From: Eledone cirrhosa
Lineage: Eukaryota
DNA length: 64,000 nt
Assembly (NCBI GenBank): GCA_964016885.1
Contig: OZ024742.1
Span: 57,722,001-57,786,000, forward strand
Direction: 5' to 3'
The translations under genes were made by a program, and so were the position numbers. Shown here in pieces: positions 13,429 to 26,525 of this stretch (positions are counted from its first letter, which is position 1; each line of letters opens with the position of its first letter). Under the pieces are notes generated by a model. It saw nothing but the letters and a program-made list of their open reading frames with translations. It did not search any database and was not told the origin of the DNA.

Positions 13429-13438
13429 TTTCGCGCCA
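13429..13438. promoter_or_regulatory. E2F-type site TTTCGCGCCA about 75 bp upstream of the candidate CTC1 ATG
   Basis: Matches the E2F consensus TTTSSCGC in a CpG-poor background. Confidence 0.4.
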
Positions 13439-13676
13439 AGTATATCAGAGTGATCTCCCTTCAGCAGACGGAACCTGTGGAACTTGGAAATGTGCTGGAA
13501 TTTACATGTTGCAACACGTGGCCCATCGATTTACCAAAAATCGTGAAGGTTTTATTTTAAAATAAAAGAAAGAAATTTACAAAGTATCAATGTTTGCATA
13601 TCAATAAACCGCTCCCTCGCAAAAAAAAAAATTAAAAAGAAAGAGTAAAAAAATATATTAGGAAAGTGGGGAGTCT

Positions 13677-13884
13677 ATGCCGTATATCTCTGCTGCGCTC
13701 TGCTGATAAATTGGCGGAGAACAGCCAGCGACACCCGCTGCATCAGCCATTCTGTCTCATGGGGCTCCTTCCTTAGGTGGATGCCGTATATCTCTGCTGC
13801 GCCCTGCTGATAAATTGGCGGAGAACAGCCAGCGACACCCGCTGCATCAGCCACTCTGTCTCATGGGGCTCCTTCCTTAGGTGG
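13677..13884. repeat. Tandem duplication, 2 x 104 bp, GC-rich
   Basis: 13677-13780 and 13781-13884 differ at about 2 positions. Confidence 0.9.
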
Positions 13885-14202
13885 GATACACGCACTCTTC
13901 CCTATTTTGTGGAGGCTATTTGTATACAGTCTATGGTAATAACTTTGAAAATATAGGTTAATATATTGTCAAAATTAGATTGACTAATACACTATTTTAA
14001 ACTATATTTCTGAGTGATATCTAATTCCTTTGCATTTAATTTGTATTATCCTAATTATTATTTTTTTAAATTTCAGTAATTAAAGAACGGACATTCTATA
14101 ATAAAAGTATTTACGTTATTCTTTATGGCTGACATGTCCTTTCATACTTCAGTTAGAGGATCATAAATCGATGTGATCCATGTCCAATATTAAATCAATG
14201 TG

Positions 14203-14540
14203 GACGCAGTGTGGTTTAATGGTTAAGCAGTTTGTTTCGCTATCATTAAGTCCGAAGTACGATCCCCCAATGTGGCATTTTGGGCAAGTGTCATTTACCA
14301 TAGCCTCGAGTTGTGTAGACGGAATCTGTTTGAAAGACCGTTAGATGGACTGTACCTGTAATTCAAAGGACCAGCCATATCCCACAAAGTATCTCGCTGA
14401 ATCTCCCTAAGAATCATGTTAGGAGTGCACGTACCTGTAGAATGCTCTGCCACTTACATGTTAATTTCATTAGTAGGCAACTTTGTTGATCAAACAACTG
14501 GAATACTCATTGATGAAACCGACTGAGTTCATCCACTTCA
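14203..14540 (+). mobile_element. Old tRNA-derived SINE
   Basis: A-box-like gtggtttaatggttaag, degenerate B-box, tgggcaagtg core; tail homologous to 2300-2470 on the minus strand. Confidence 0.55.
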
Positions 14541-15488
14541 AAATCAATTCCTCGAAAAATTTATTGGATGATTATAGCAGCACTTATTGGAAAAGTACTG
14601 CCCACATATCTAGGATTTTTATATATTTCATTTATTAAATAATACTGCTCTCACTTTTCATCTGGTTAATACCATGTGCCATAGGCTGTCTCAAAGAAAC
14701 TTCCAGTTGTTCTCTATGCCATAGCTATCGATCTCCTCCATATTATATTCATCATGTAGATCAAATGACTCAAAAGGGTCATTATGTCCTAGGAGAGAAG
14801 CACATCGACCCAATAAGAGAGATTTCCACCTGTTATACTACTAATCTGAAATACAGCTAAGCTATATTTTTTTCTATCGAAATGAATATGCATTATATTG
14901 AGCTGATTTGTGAATTAGTACAAAATGTAGGGAAACAAATTTTCCTTAATTCCATTTTCACTTTTGATAAATTACGTTTTTTCCGTTTTATTGTATTTCA
15001 TTGGTAAATTATAATGAATTGTACTATGAATATTATTAAAATAAGAACGACATACCAAGTTTTAGAAAAATATTAGTCACGAAAATTATTCTGCCGCAGG
15101 CCATAAAAAAGTAGTTTGTAGCCCACAGGCCACATGTTTGAAACTCCTGATGTAGGGTATCTCTGAACTTATATTTAACTGACTGATATTTTAGTTTCCA
15201 GACCCTCCTTATTTAGATTATGCTGTCTTTTCAAGTATATCTATGTGTTACACTTATTTTACTACTAATTAAATGCTACCAAAATTGGCGATATAATATA
15301 TTATTAAAGATCTACCAACTATAAACAAAATCTTTCTGTACATTGGAGGTACAATATATTGTCAAAAATCTATCGAATATAAACAAGATCTTTCTGAACG
15401 TTGGAGATACAATATATTGTCAAAGATCTACTAACATACATCCAGAAAAATCATGCCGAAACTAAGAAAATAACAACCTACTCCTGAA

Positions 15489-15765
15489 GGTGCGTTGCCT
15501 AGTGGTTAAGATGGACTTACAAGAATAATGTTATGGGTTCAATTCCTGGACCAGGTTGTGTGTTGTATTCTTGAGCAAAACACTTCATTTCACATTACTC
15601 CTGTATACGGAGCTAAAAATGAGTACCAGCAGTAGCTGAGGGTTTAACTCTGCAATCAACTGGCATCCTGTCCAGTAGGGAGTTTTACACTAAGAGTCAC
15701 TTCATGCCAAAGAAACTGAGATAAGCACCAGCCTAATGAGCCTGTGCTTGAGACAAAAGTTTAAC
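15489..15765 (+). mobile_element. tRNA-derived SINE (V/Deu-like core)
   Basis: gcctagtggttaag A-box, ggttcaattcc B-box, tgttgtattcttgagcaaaacact core. Confidence 0.6.
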
Positions 15766-16134
15766 TTTTAGACTTAAGCCTTGTGTATACAGGGCAACAC
15801 AGTATAGGCAGAAGAATGTACCACACAACATAGATTAATTGATTCATTTAATCAATTTAAACGTCATTATATCGCTAGTAAGCTATGACAAGCTAGGGGA
15901 GTACCCTTTACAGTTAAGAAACAAAAACAAGATAGATAGAAAAGAAAGACTAGTGGGAGGTAAAAGAAGCATTATAAAAGACTAAAGAAAAATGGAAAAC
16001 AAGGGCAGCTAAAAGTTACTGTTGTTAATCTTTTTGTAGCCTCTATGTACTGAAAGATCTTGTTTATAGTTGTTAGATCTTTAACAATATATTGTATCAC
16101 CAATCTTAGTAGCATTTAATTACCAACTATAAAC

Positions 16135-16770
16135 GGGAGAAATTAGGAATAAGAGGGATCAGATGTTGTTTACTCGAGAGAAGACTACGTTGGTACGGTC
16201 ACGTGATGCGCATGAAAGACGACAGCTGTATGAAAAAGTGCAGGGCGATAAAAATAGACAGTAGCCACGGAGTAGGCAGACCCAGAAAAACCTGGGACGA
16301 CTTGATAAATTCCGACCTCACACACTTACACCTCTCCAAGACAATGTCACTGGACCGAGATCTTTGGCGCTACACAGTCATACAGAAGACCTGCCTTGCC
16401 TAAGTACAAAGCAAAACCTAGTCAGTAGGCACCTCTAACAAAATACACCCCCGTCCCACTACCCCCACCCCCTTAAATGTGAAGTTATGTTGGTACCACA
16501 ACATCCAGTCCGAAACAAATGAGGTCGTGTAGGTGTCACGACAAAAAAAACACGCACTCCACACTGTAATGTGGCCGTGTAGGTAACACGGTTATAAACC
16601 TCCCAGTCCACACTGTAAACGTGGTTGGTGTTAGGAAGGGCATCCAGCCGTAGAAAACCACCAGACAGTCCTATACGAGCAGGACAACAAATCTTGCCTC
16701 AAGTGGGAAAACTCCCGTCCAAACCCATACAAGCGTGGAAGATGGACGTTATATGATGATGATGATGATG
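16135..16770 (+). mobile_element. RTE LINE 3' fragment, same family as 5141-7536
   Basis: RLRWYGHVMRM..GRPRKTW, 3' UTR, (gat)n tail. Confidence 0.9.
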
Positions 16771-16952
16771 AAACAAGGTATTTTAGTACATGGAGGCTAC
16801 AAAAAGATTTAACCTTCAGGAGTAAGTTGTAATTTTCATAGTTTTGGTATGATTTTTCTGGCTCTATGTCAGCATTTAAGTGTCCCCTCTACGTTGTATT
16901 AATTTTTATTCAGAGGGACAGCTCTTCTAGATAGGTTGCTTTCTCTATTTCT

Positions 16953-17338
16953 TATCATCATCATTATCATTTTATGTCCGCTTTTCCCTGCTTGCAAGGA
17001 TGGACGGAAACTGAATCTGGCTTGATTTCTACAGCTGGATGCCCTTCCTAACACCAACCTCATTTACAGTGAGTGCTGGGTGCTTTTTTTCCATGGCGCC
17101 TACACATCCACTTTATAGTGTGGGCTGGGTGCTTTTTTGCCATGGCACCTCCACGATCACTTTGCAGTGGAATGATAGGGACCCCAGTCCCTTTCATCTC
17201 ATTTCTACAGCTGAGTAAATTGGAGCAATGTGAAATAAAGTGAAAAAAAGGAAACAACACATCACCCGGTCTGAGAATTGAACTCACAACCTTTCGATTG
17301 CAAGGCCAATGCTCTAACCACTAAGCCATGTGCCTCCA
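16953..17338 (-). mobile_element. Composite SINE: tRNA head plus RTE-derived 3' tail
   Basis: Minus strand ggaggcacatggcttagtggttag...gagttcaattc joined to the gttaggaagggcatccagctgtagaaa tail shared with the RTEs; second copy at 59000-59336. Confidence 0.75.
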
Positions 17339-18822
17339 TGCAAGTATTTATTCAAACTTACTGCTTTCCTAGATAGGTTGCCTTTCCTACAGCTTGGGGA
17401 GTCCATGAGACCCACCCAACATTTTATATATGTATATCATCATCATTTTACATCATCGTTTTCCATGGTTTGAAACTGGACAGGCTTGGGAGGACCATGG
17501 GTGACTCATATGTTCCATTTTGGGCATAATTTTTATAGTTGGATGCCCTTCCTAATTCCAACCACTTTACAGGGTGTACTGAGTTTATTTTATCATGGCA
17601 CCAGTGCTTCTATTTTACAGAGTGAATTAAGTGTATTTTATCATGGCCAGCAACACCAAAGAGGTAGTCAAGTCCTCAATAAAACCATAGAATCCTCTCT
17701 ATCCTACATTGTCATAGTTCATTTGATCAGCCATTTGACAACTACAGTTAAAAGCATGAATAAGCAAAGAAGGCTACTGGACCAGTGAGTAAAGTGGCTG
17801 AGCTGCTGGAAATATCTAGCAAGGTGGGTCACACGATTATCACTTGTACAGAGATGTGTCATACTCAATGACTAATGTAGCAGTGTCAATGTTCAACACT
17901 ACAAAGGCAAAAACGCTGCACAAGGGAGAGGAAACTACAGAAGCATTAAAATGATAGACCAGGTTATGAAAGTTATGGTAAGAATTATAGCAAATGATTA
18001 GGAATGAAGCCTCGATGAGATACAGTTTGGCTTTGTGTGAGGAAGTGTTATTACTGATGCCATCTTAATGTAGAAAATGCATTGCTAATTGCTAGGTATA
18101 TGGCATTGTATCTAAATCCAATAACTTGGAGAAGGTTCTTCACAGGGTTCAGTGTTATGTCGTGTGGCAGTTGCTAAAAAGGCCTCAAAGTAAATCTACC
18201 AAAGATTAACTTTTAGCTACCAAGAGAAGCAACAGGGCTCTGCTACTATTAATACTTTCAATACCAACCTGAATATGACTGTCCATGATTGTATGATAAA
18301 ACATCTCTATATTTAAATTAAAACCTTCCTTCATAATTTTATGTAAGAATTTTTGTTGTTTGATATCCAGCCCACACTGTAAATTGGTCATGTAGGTGTC
18401 ACAACAAAAAGCACCCATCCCACACTGTAAATGGTTGTTCGTGTAGGAGTCACGACAAAAAGCACCCAGCACACACTGTAAATGTGGTTGGCATTAGGAA
18501 AGGCATCCAGCTGTAGAAACCTAGCCAGAAACAGTCCTATGTAAGACATGGTCACCTAACCCAACTTGCCCCAAATGGGACCTGTCTAACCTATGCTAGT
18601 GTGGAAAATGGCCGTTAAATGAAGATGATGATAAGAAAAAATCCAAAATTTTAACAAACCCTACAAATCATCATCATCAACGTTTTAACGCCTATCTTCC
18701 ACGCTAGCATAGGTTTATGAAAATATATAAATGGGTAATGAAAATATATAAATAGAAAATTTGACAAACTATTATTAATTAAGAAAATATTCTGTATTCA
18801 TTAAAGAAATATTTTGTATTAA

Positions 18823-19067
18823 TTAAGGAAATATTTTGTATGGATTTAAGATGGTATGAGGGTCCAATAATTTCTTCATTTGTTGCATGAGTGCAACTGA
18901 TAGATGTGATTGGCTATGATGTAGATATTTCACTTTGTGAAGTCCAATTCCATGTTCGGCGCTAATGCTACCTTTAAGTTGGGCAACATAATCAAAGACA
19001 TATGGTTCTATCAAACCCTGAAGCTCTTTGTTATATTCAGGTGATGTTAAATTCAAATGGAGATTAC
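18823..19067 (-). CDS. D2HGDH: D2HGDH exon 7 (last): NLHLN...GSISAEHGIG...LDPHTILNPYKIFP*
   Basis: ttatag acceptor at 19068, TAA at 18825-18823; FAD-oxidase C-terminal SAEHG motif. Confidence 0.95.
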
Positions 19068-20672
19068 CTATAAGAGAAAAATGGAAAAAAATAATTAAGT
19101 CACTGGAAATGAATTGAATAACTTCAAAATGATATTAGACAATATAATATACACATTTACAGTCACGGTTACTTCTGTACTGTATGTGTATGTATGAACC
19201 TGATGGAATCATATGGGTGTCGTTGTGACATACACCATATCTTGGGCATGTTAAACTTGGTGGAGTCAGGTATAAACACAGCTAGTCTCTTCCAGAGAAG
19301 AGAGAGAGAGTAGGGTGAAATAGAGAAAGAATTGACCCCAGTACTGAAGTGATACTTTTTTTATTGGCTTTGAAAATATGAAAGGCAAAGATAACCTTGG
19401 TAGAATTTGAACTCAGAGAGCTGGAACAATACTGCCAGTTTGCCACCTTTTGTACTGTGTAAATATAGATATGAATTTATCATATACTTTTTTCTTCTAA
19501 AAAAGAGAGACAATTCATGAAAACTAACCTGAGAATGTTGATCCCGGGGACATTTAAATAAGGAGGCGCTATTGCAAACACACAGAAATACATATACTCA
19601 GAGTGTAGGCTACCCAACCCTTCAGAATGAGTACTCTTCCCTCTAACTTGTATGATTCTTCAGCACATTGAACTGACTCTAATCAAATAGGAAGGGGTGC
19701 ACTATAAGATATATTATCATGAATTCAAATATGAACCTATGTGTACTGATAATTTGCTAAACACTACCCTATATGCGTGTACTTTTTTTGAATGAAAGTA
19801 TTTAAGTCGGTATAACTGCCTCTTAGTATACATGTAATTGTGTATATGGGCATTTGAGGAAAGATACATTGTTCAAGAACTTATATTCCCACAAATTAGC
19901 CCTATTAAGGTAAGGACCATGGAAAACATGTAGCATATATGAGACAAAGATCTTTGTATATTTTTACCCATTGAAACAATGGATTAAGTAACTACTAAAC
20001 CTTGTCTTATTTGTTTTCATTGTTCAATCTCATATATTTGACTCTGTAATTTTTAAATACTTAACAACATGTAATACAATACAACTTTTCCACAGAAACA
20101 ATTTTTACTATACTTCAATGAGATATTCATATTGAGTTCTGATAAGGTTATATGTCCTACCTTAATCCAGTAAGATTATTTCTGATGAAGACAGTGAGAT
20201 GGATCTATAGTACTTAGACTAATAATATGGAGTTGCATAACTACTATCAATTAGTCACTATATCAATTTATCATTGTCAATCAACATTCTGAAACGATCA
20301 GCTCTAAACTTTGCCTTTTGTTTTCATTGTTCAATCATCATCATCATCATCATCGATTAATGTCCATCTTCCACACTAGCATGGGTTAGACGGATCCATT
20401 TAGAGGCAAGTTGGGTCGGGTGACTGTGTCTTGCTCATAAAGGGGTGTTTCTAGCTGGTTTTCTACGTCTGGATGCCCTTCCTAACACCAACCACATTGA
20501 CAGTGTGGGCTGGGTGCTTTTTGCTGTGTCTTTTACACATCCAGTGTGGGCTGGGGGGGGGGGGGGCATACTGTACATATATATATATAAAGGCATACAG
20601 ATAGATAGATAATGAAAGTCGCCAAATTTATTTTAGTGACCTATATATAAATATAAATGTAAATATACTTAC

Positions 20673-20847
20673 TGTCCCCAACATGTCCATAACCAACAAC
20701 CCGAGTGGTCGGAATCTCAGAAGTCCGTTTTCTCATGTCAACTACCAAATCATAAAACTTTGATAAACACAAAGATAAATCATATTTGTAACAATATCCA
20801 TCTTTCAGTAGACTCTCAGAAATTCTTTCCCGCAGAGACCATAAATT
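20673..20847 (-). CDS. D2HGDH: D2HGDH exon 6: NLWSLRE...YKYDLSL...GYGHVGD
   Basis: tttcag/gtaagt, 175 nt, phase 0 in / phase 1 out. Confidence 0.95.
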
Positions 20848-21231
20848 CTGAAAATTCACAAAGTAACAAAATAATAACAAAATAATAGTTAAAATTAAAA
20901 GTAATTTCTAACAAATGCACAAGTCTAGAAATTTAGGAAAGAGGGTATCATCAATTGAATCAACCCCAGTATTTGACTGGTACAAGGCCAGATATTTAGG
21001 AGAGAGGGTGTCATCAATTGAATCAACCACAGTATTTGACTGGTATGAGGCCAGAAATTTATGAGATACCATGACCCTGGTGGGAGTGGCTAGCAGGTAC
21101 TATGTCTTGCCAAAGGGTAACCTATGCACTACTTTTCTGTATATTCTCAGTTAACCTCCATATCTAGAAGAATTGCCTCTATCCACACCCCAGCTGCTAG
21201 ATAGCATTATATTAGAGTTATAAAATAAAAT

Positions 21232-21419
21232 AATTGTTTCTACTTTAGGCACAAGGCCAGCAATTACCCAGTGCATTACTGGTACTTTATTTTATCGACC
21301 CCGTAAGGATGAAAGGCAAAGTCAACCTCGGCGGGATTTGAACTCAGATCGTAAAGGGACGTAACTATGCTGGAAAGCATGGCGTCCGACCCTCTACCGA
21401 TACTGCTAATCCACCGCCT
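21232..21419 (-). mobile_element. Octopod-type tRNA SINE (about 190 bp)
   Basis: ggcggtggattagcag...gagttcaaatcccgccgaggttgactttgcctttcatcc...gtcgataaaataaagtaccag; about 9 copies in the window. Confidence 0.85.
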
Positions 21420-21754
21420 TATAAAATTATAAAGTTATAAAATAAAATAATGATGCATAATAAAATGATAATATAATAATAAAAAGCTAAGAGTATAAAT
21501 GTTCAAAAGCTAAAAAGATAAAGGGATATTTTATTTACAATTTCACACACACATTATATAAACATAAATATGTGTATACTAATGGATGGCTGTTGACTCA
21601 CATAAGTTCCTCTGCCTTTTGATGGGTTTTGCTTTTCATCCTGCGGGATGTCCAACAATCACCCTCCTCACAAAGCAAGCTTGGTGAAGTTGCCAGTTTA
21701 GTCACTGACAACCCAACCATGCAACAGGTTGTACTGGGTTATATGTTACCAGTA

Positions 21755-23590
21755 ATGCTTGGGAATGATCATATTCAATGGTAAGCCATCCACCACTGTT
21801 ATTTGTTGTTACAGTCCCTCAAACTCTGCTGATAATGAAGACACAATAAGCTTCTACCAAGATCTGATCAAACTTATGATAAACATCCCAAAAGTCATAA
21901 TAGCATGTGGTTTTTACACAAAAATTCAACACCCACCTACTTGATTTTGTAACAGAATATGGACTGATAAACCTGAGTCTTCAATACAAGAATATGGCCC
22001 TTCACATATCCCAATAAATTAAAAGCACAACTGGACTATATTCTAATAAATAAGAAATGGAGAAACAATGCACTAAATTGTGAAGCTTATAATACTTTTG
22101 CATCAGTAAATGTTGACCATAGCATTGTTTCTGTGAAAATAAAACTCAATCTAAGAATGCATAAAAATCAACCAAAATGAAGTTGATATGTGATTGGAAT
22201 ACACTGCTAACAGATGATACTATCAAAATCAAATATTACAACTGAAATTAGGAACTGTTTCAATACACTGTAGGTAAACATGGAAGAAAGAAATACTGAT
22301 GAAATATATAAAAACATGATTGTTCATAAAGAAGCTGTAGAACAATCCATACCAAAATAAGAGAAGAAAAATGTGTACCATGGGAAAGCGATAAGATTAA
22401 AACAGTTCAAGAAGCACAAAAACATGATCTTGAGGCTACCTATAATGTAGAGCTTACTACTTATATAAACAACAAAATCAACATTATATTAAACACAGCA
22501 CAAAATCAATCATCAAAAATTGCTTGGACAACTGTCAATGAAATTACTGTTAGAAAGAATACACCAATATGCAAAGTAAAAGCTAAGACACCAAAAGAAC
22601 ATGTATAAAAATGGAAAAACCACTTCAAAAATCTTCTTGGTCAACAACCTGTTATAAGAGAACAAAATATCACGAGTAGTTGACAATACATTACCAATCA
22701 TTATAAACGATTTCACAAAAGATGAATAATTGAAGACAATCAAATCCTTCAAAAGTGAAAAAGTAGCCAAGACTTAATGACATTCCAATTGAGGTCTGGA
22801 AAAATGAAGCCTTAGATAATGCACTACTCGAAGTGTGTATTAAAACCTTTTATGGAGATAAGCCAAAGATTTGAAGCAAAGCGGTATAACTCTGCTCCCT
22901 AAAAAAGGGTGATCTTAGTGATGTCAAAAATTATTCGTGGAATTAGTCTCATAGTGAAATTATCTAAAATCTACAACAAAATACTACACCATAGAATTAA
23001 ATCTCATTTAAATCCAATACTTCGCATGAACCAAAATGGATTTCAAATGCAGGGCAAAATCTTGACCCTCAGAAAACTCACCGAAGGAGTAAAAGCAAAG
23101 AACCTTCCAGCTGTTATCATATTCATTGATTTTAGCAATGCTTTCAATTCCATTCATCATGGAAAACTCAAACAAATAATGGAATAATGGAATATGGAAT
23201 TTTGTTGCAAATTGTGACAACAGTAGGTGTTCTCTATGAAGGCATGGAAGCAATAGTACTGATGGTGAAACAGACTTCTTCAGACTGAAAGCAGGTGTTC
23301 TTCAAGGAGATACACTAGCTCTGCTCCACTTCATATTAACACTCAACTATGCAATGAGATAAACTACATATCATGCTCATCAAACAGGATTCACACAACA
23401 TCCTTGATGTAGCACTAAACACTCTGAAATAACAACAACGGATGCTGATTTTGCCAGTGATATTGGACTCTTATCAGACAACTGCAATAAAGCATAACTG
23501 ATTACAGAGGGTGGAATGAGTTGCTGAAACAATTGGATTTCACATAAATGAGAAGAAAATGGAATATATTGTATACAACCAGAAAAAGAC
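21755..23590 (+). mobile_element. Highly decayed RTE-like LINE (APE + RT) in D2HGDH intron 5
   Basis: TTVICCYSPS, QLDYILINKKWR, FIDFSNAFNSI, GVLQGDTLA and DF-sD motifs broken by stops and frameshifts. Confidence 0.75.
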
Positions 23591-23974
23591 AGAAGCGCAA
23601 GAATTAACTAGGCCTGGAGAGTTGCAAGCAAAATGGATGTCATTTGGAAATCAAACTTGAACACCAAACTAAAGGTTAAGTTCTTTGATCAACAGTTGAA
23701 TGAGTGCTTGTAACTGTAAAAATATGTAAAACATTTCAGAAATTCTGCATGTAATAACTCCATAAACACATGTACAGATACAGAAACATATGTACATGTA
23801 CACATATAACTCAAAACATACAATAACATCCATACCTGTAAACACACATACAGACATACATATGTATTTACCTAGTTGATGATTTTTAAATTCCAATTAA
23901 ACTGGTTCTCTCTCTATTAGTGAAAATTTATAAAATAATAAAACCAGAAGATTCAGACATACATATATATACAC

Positions 23975-25220
23975 AAAAGACTTATGGCAAAACTCTCTGC
24001 AATGAGTGTGAAGGATGATCTTTTTAACTGGCTGAAGTCCTTCATTCTCAGTCGTAGGAAGGTAGTCACGGTTCTAGGACAGCATTCCTCACCATATGAG
24101 ATGTCATCTGGTGTACCACAGGGAAATGTTCTTGGCCCCCCTTTCGTTTGTGGCATATATTAATCACATAGATGCCAACTTAAAGAATGCCACAGTACTG
24201 AAATATGCAGATGACATCAAGCTGTACCTTGAAATAAAAAGGATAGATCCTGAACATTATAGATCTTTCCTGCAATCTGACCTGGACACAATGCAACAAT
24301 GGATCACAGACTGGCAACTCAAGCTGGCTGTGGACAAGTGTACCACCATGCATTTTGGGAGTAAAAACCCAGCGTCCACATACTCCCTCCACAATACTAA
24401 TATCAAGAAGTCTTCTTGTGAACGTGACCTGGGCATTATGGTCAGCAGCGATTTGCGTTGGACGAAGCACGTCTCTAAAATTGTCAAGAAGGCCAAGGGT
24501 GTTTTAGCATCACCCAGCAAGACCTTTGTCAGCCGCTCTCCAGCTATCTATTTAAAGCTGTATATAGCTATGGTGCGGCCACACTTAGAATTTGTCTAAA
24601 CCCATGCTAGCGTGGAAGATAGACGTTAAACGATGATGATGATGATGATCACCAGTCTGGAACCCCTATCTTGCTCAGAACATTGACCGTCTAGAAACTG
24701 TTCAGAGACGTGCAACCAAGCGAATACCCTCCATCAGGCATCTACCATACTCGGAATGCCTTGCTTCCCTGGGCATGGATACGTTGAAGCTCCAACGTCT
24801 CGCAACTGACTTGGTAAACACCCATAAAATTATTAACTATCTTGCCAACAACAACCTGGAGTACCTTTTTGATTTCCATGTGTCTAACACACGTGGGCAT
24901 GCCAACAAAGTCAGAAAACAGCACAGCTCCCATGACCTTTGGAAACATTTTATCATGCTCAGAGTTGCTGAAGCATGGAACAAACTACCTGCATCAGTTA
25001 TTAGCTGTTGAGACACTGCATCCTTTAAAACCTTCATGCTTCCTGAGATTCGCCAACACTACACCTAATATTCCCCCTCCATACACACGCACACATGTAT
25101 ATCATGACTCATACACTATTCACTTCCCTGACATTTGTATATTATTCTATGTACTATACATGCACCTTTGATGAGTTGTAGTGCACCTGAGCACTGTACA
25201 CAATAATTTCATTCATTATT
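23975..25220 (+). mobile_element. 5'-truncated CR1/L2-type LINE, interrupted by a 53-bp RTE tail
   Basis: GVPQG, KYADDIKL, YIAMVRPHLEF, NTRGH, WNKLP; tail aatttcattcattatt; homologous to 27754-29014 and 49220-50630. Confidence 0.92.
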
Positions 25221-25289
25221 ATATATTTACACATACACATACATACGTACATACATATGTGGTTATATGAAAATAAGAAAACTATCTAC

Positions 25290-25576
25290 CTCCATCTGCA
25301 TCATGTCCCCAGCAAGAGTTCCATTGGCGACGATGCCACTTTCCATCAAATGATTCAAAAGAACATTAATCTTCTCTTCATCGTGGTCGGAATTTGATCC
25401 CGAAGTTTCGATTAACACATAAAATGGATATTGACCAATGGGAGAAGAAAGTTTTAGGTTCTGCGTTACTGAATTCATGGATTCAGCATCCATAAACTCA
25501 AAAGCTGAAAGAATTTCAGCCAGCTTTTGCTTTGTAGTGGTGAATATTTTGAGAACATCGGAGAAACTGTTGCAAC
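25290..25576 (-). CDS. D2HGDH: D2HGDH exon 5: GCNSFSDV...EILSAFEFMD...FYVLIETSGSNSDHDEEK
   Basis: tttttag/gtagat, 287 nt, phase 1 in / phase 0 out. Confidence 0.95.
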
Positions 25577-26525
25577 CTAAAAAAATACAAATCATATATA
25601 TATATATTCGATATGTCTCATATGAAATAATACAGCCAATTTTCCACACAATACAATTAGTTAGCACCCCGAACGTTTAATTAGGAATATACTCACTTAT
25701 TTCCTAATGTTTGTTGAGTAAGTTGGAATTTGGCCGGAGTATCACTAAAAGCTTTCTCCGATAATGTATTTATTTATATATATATATATTCCAAACCCAT
25801 GCTAGCGTGGAAGATGGACGTTAAACGATGATGATATATATATAGATATATATATGTGTGTGTATATATATATATATATTATCATCACCATTTAATGCCT
25901 ATTTTCCATGTTTGCATGGGTTAGACAGCTGTCACGTGCTGAGACCTGACTGGTCAGGTGACTAGATCCTGCTTAGATGCTTTTATTTGGCTTGGTTTCT
26001 ATGGCCAGATGCCCTTCCTAACACCAACTACTTTACATGTACTGTAAGCTTGATTTCTATGGCTGGATGCCCTTCCTAAAACTAAACACTTTACAGAGTG
26101 TAATGGGAGTATTTCCTTATGATTTCAACACTGCCACCTTAGAGAGTGGATTGAGTGTTTGTTGTCATGGCACCAGCACTATTTCATTACAGCACTAAGG
26201 TGCTCGGTGTTCATGGTCATGCTGGAGCGGGGAGGGTTATGGTGCTGCCTGGCTTCCCTTGGAGAAGATGGGACTTGAATGTTGTAACTCCTATCTGCTT
26301 CTTTAGGTTTAGGGAGGTAGGTTAACCATCCTGCTTCTGTTACGTTCATTCCACTTGTGTGGGAAGGCAAGTTCCTCATATTACAGAATATCACCAATTT
26401 TCTCACTCAGTCACCACCACCACCACTATATTTAAATGAGGCTAATCAGCCCATGTACATAGGTGAAAAAAACTATATATTTTTGCCTGTTTCAAATTCC
26501 AGCAGAGAGCAGGGCAGGGGAAAGT

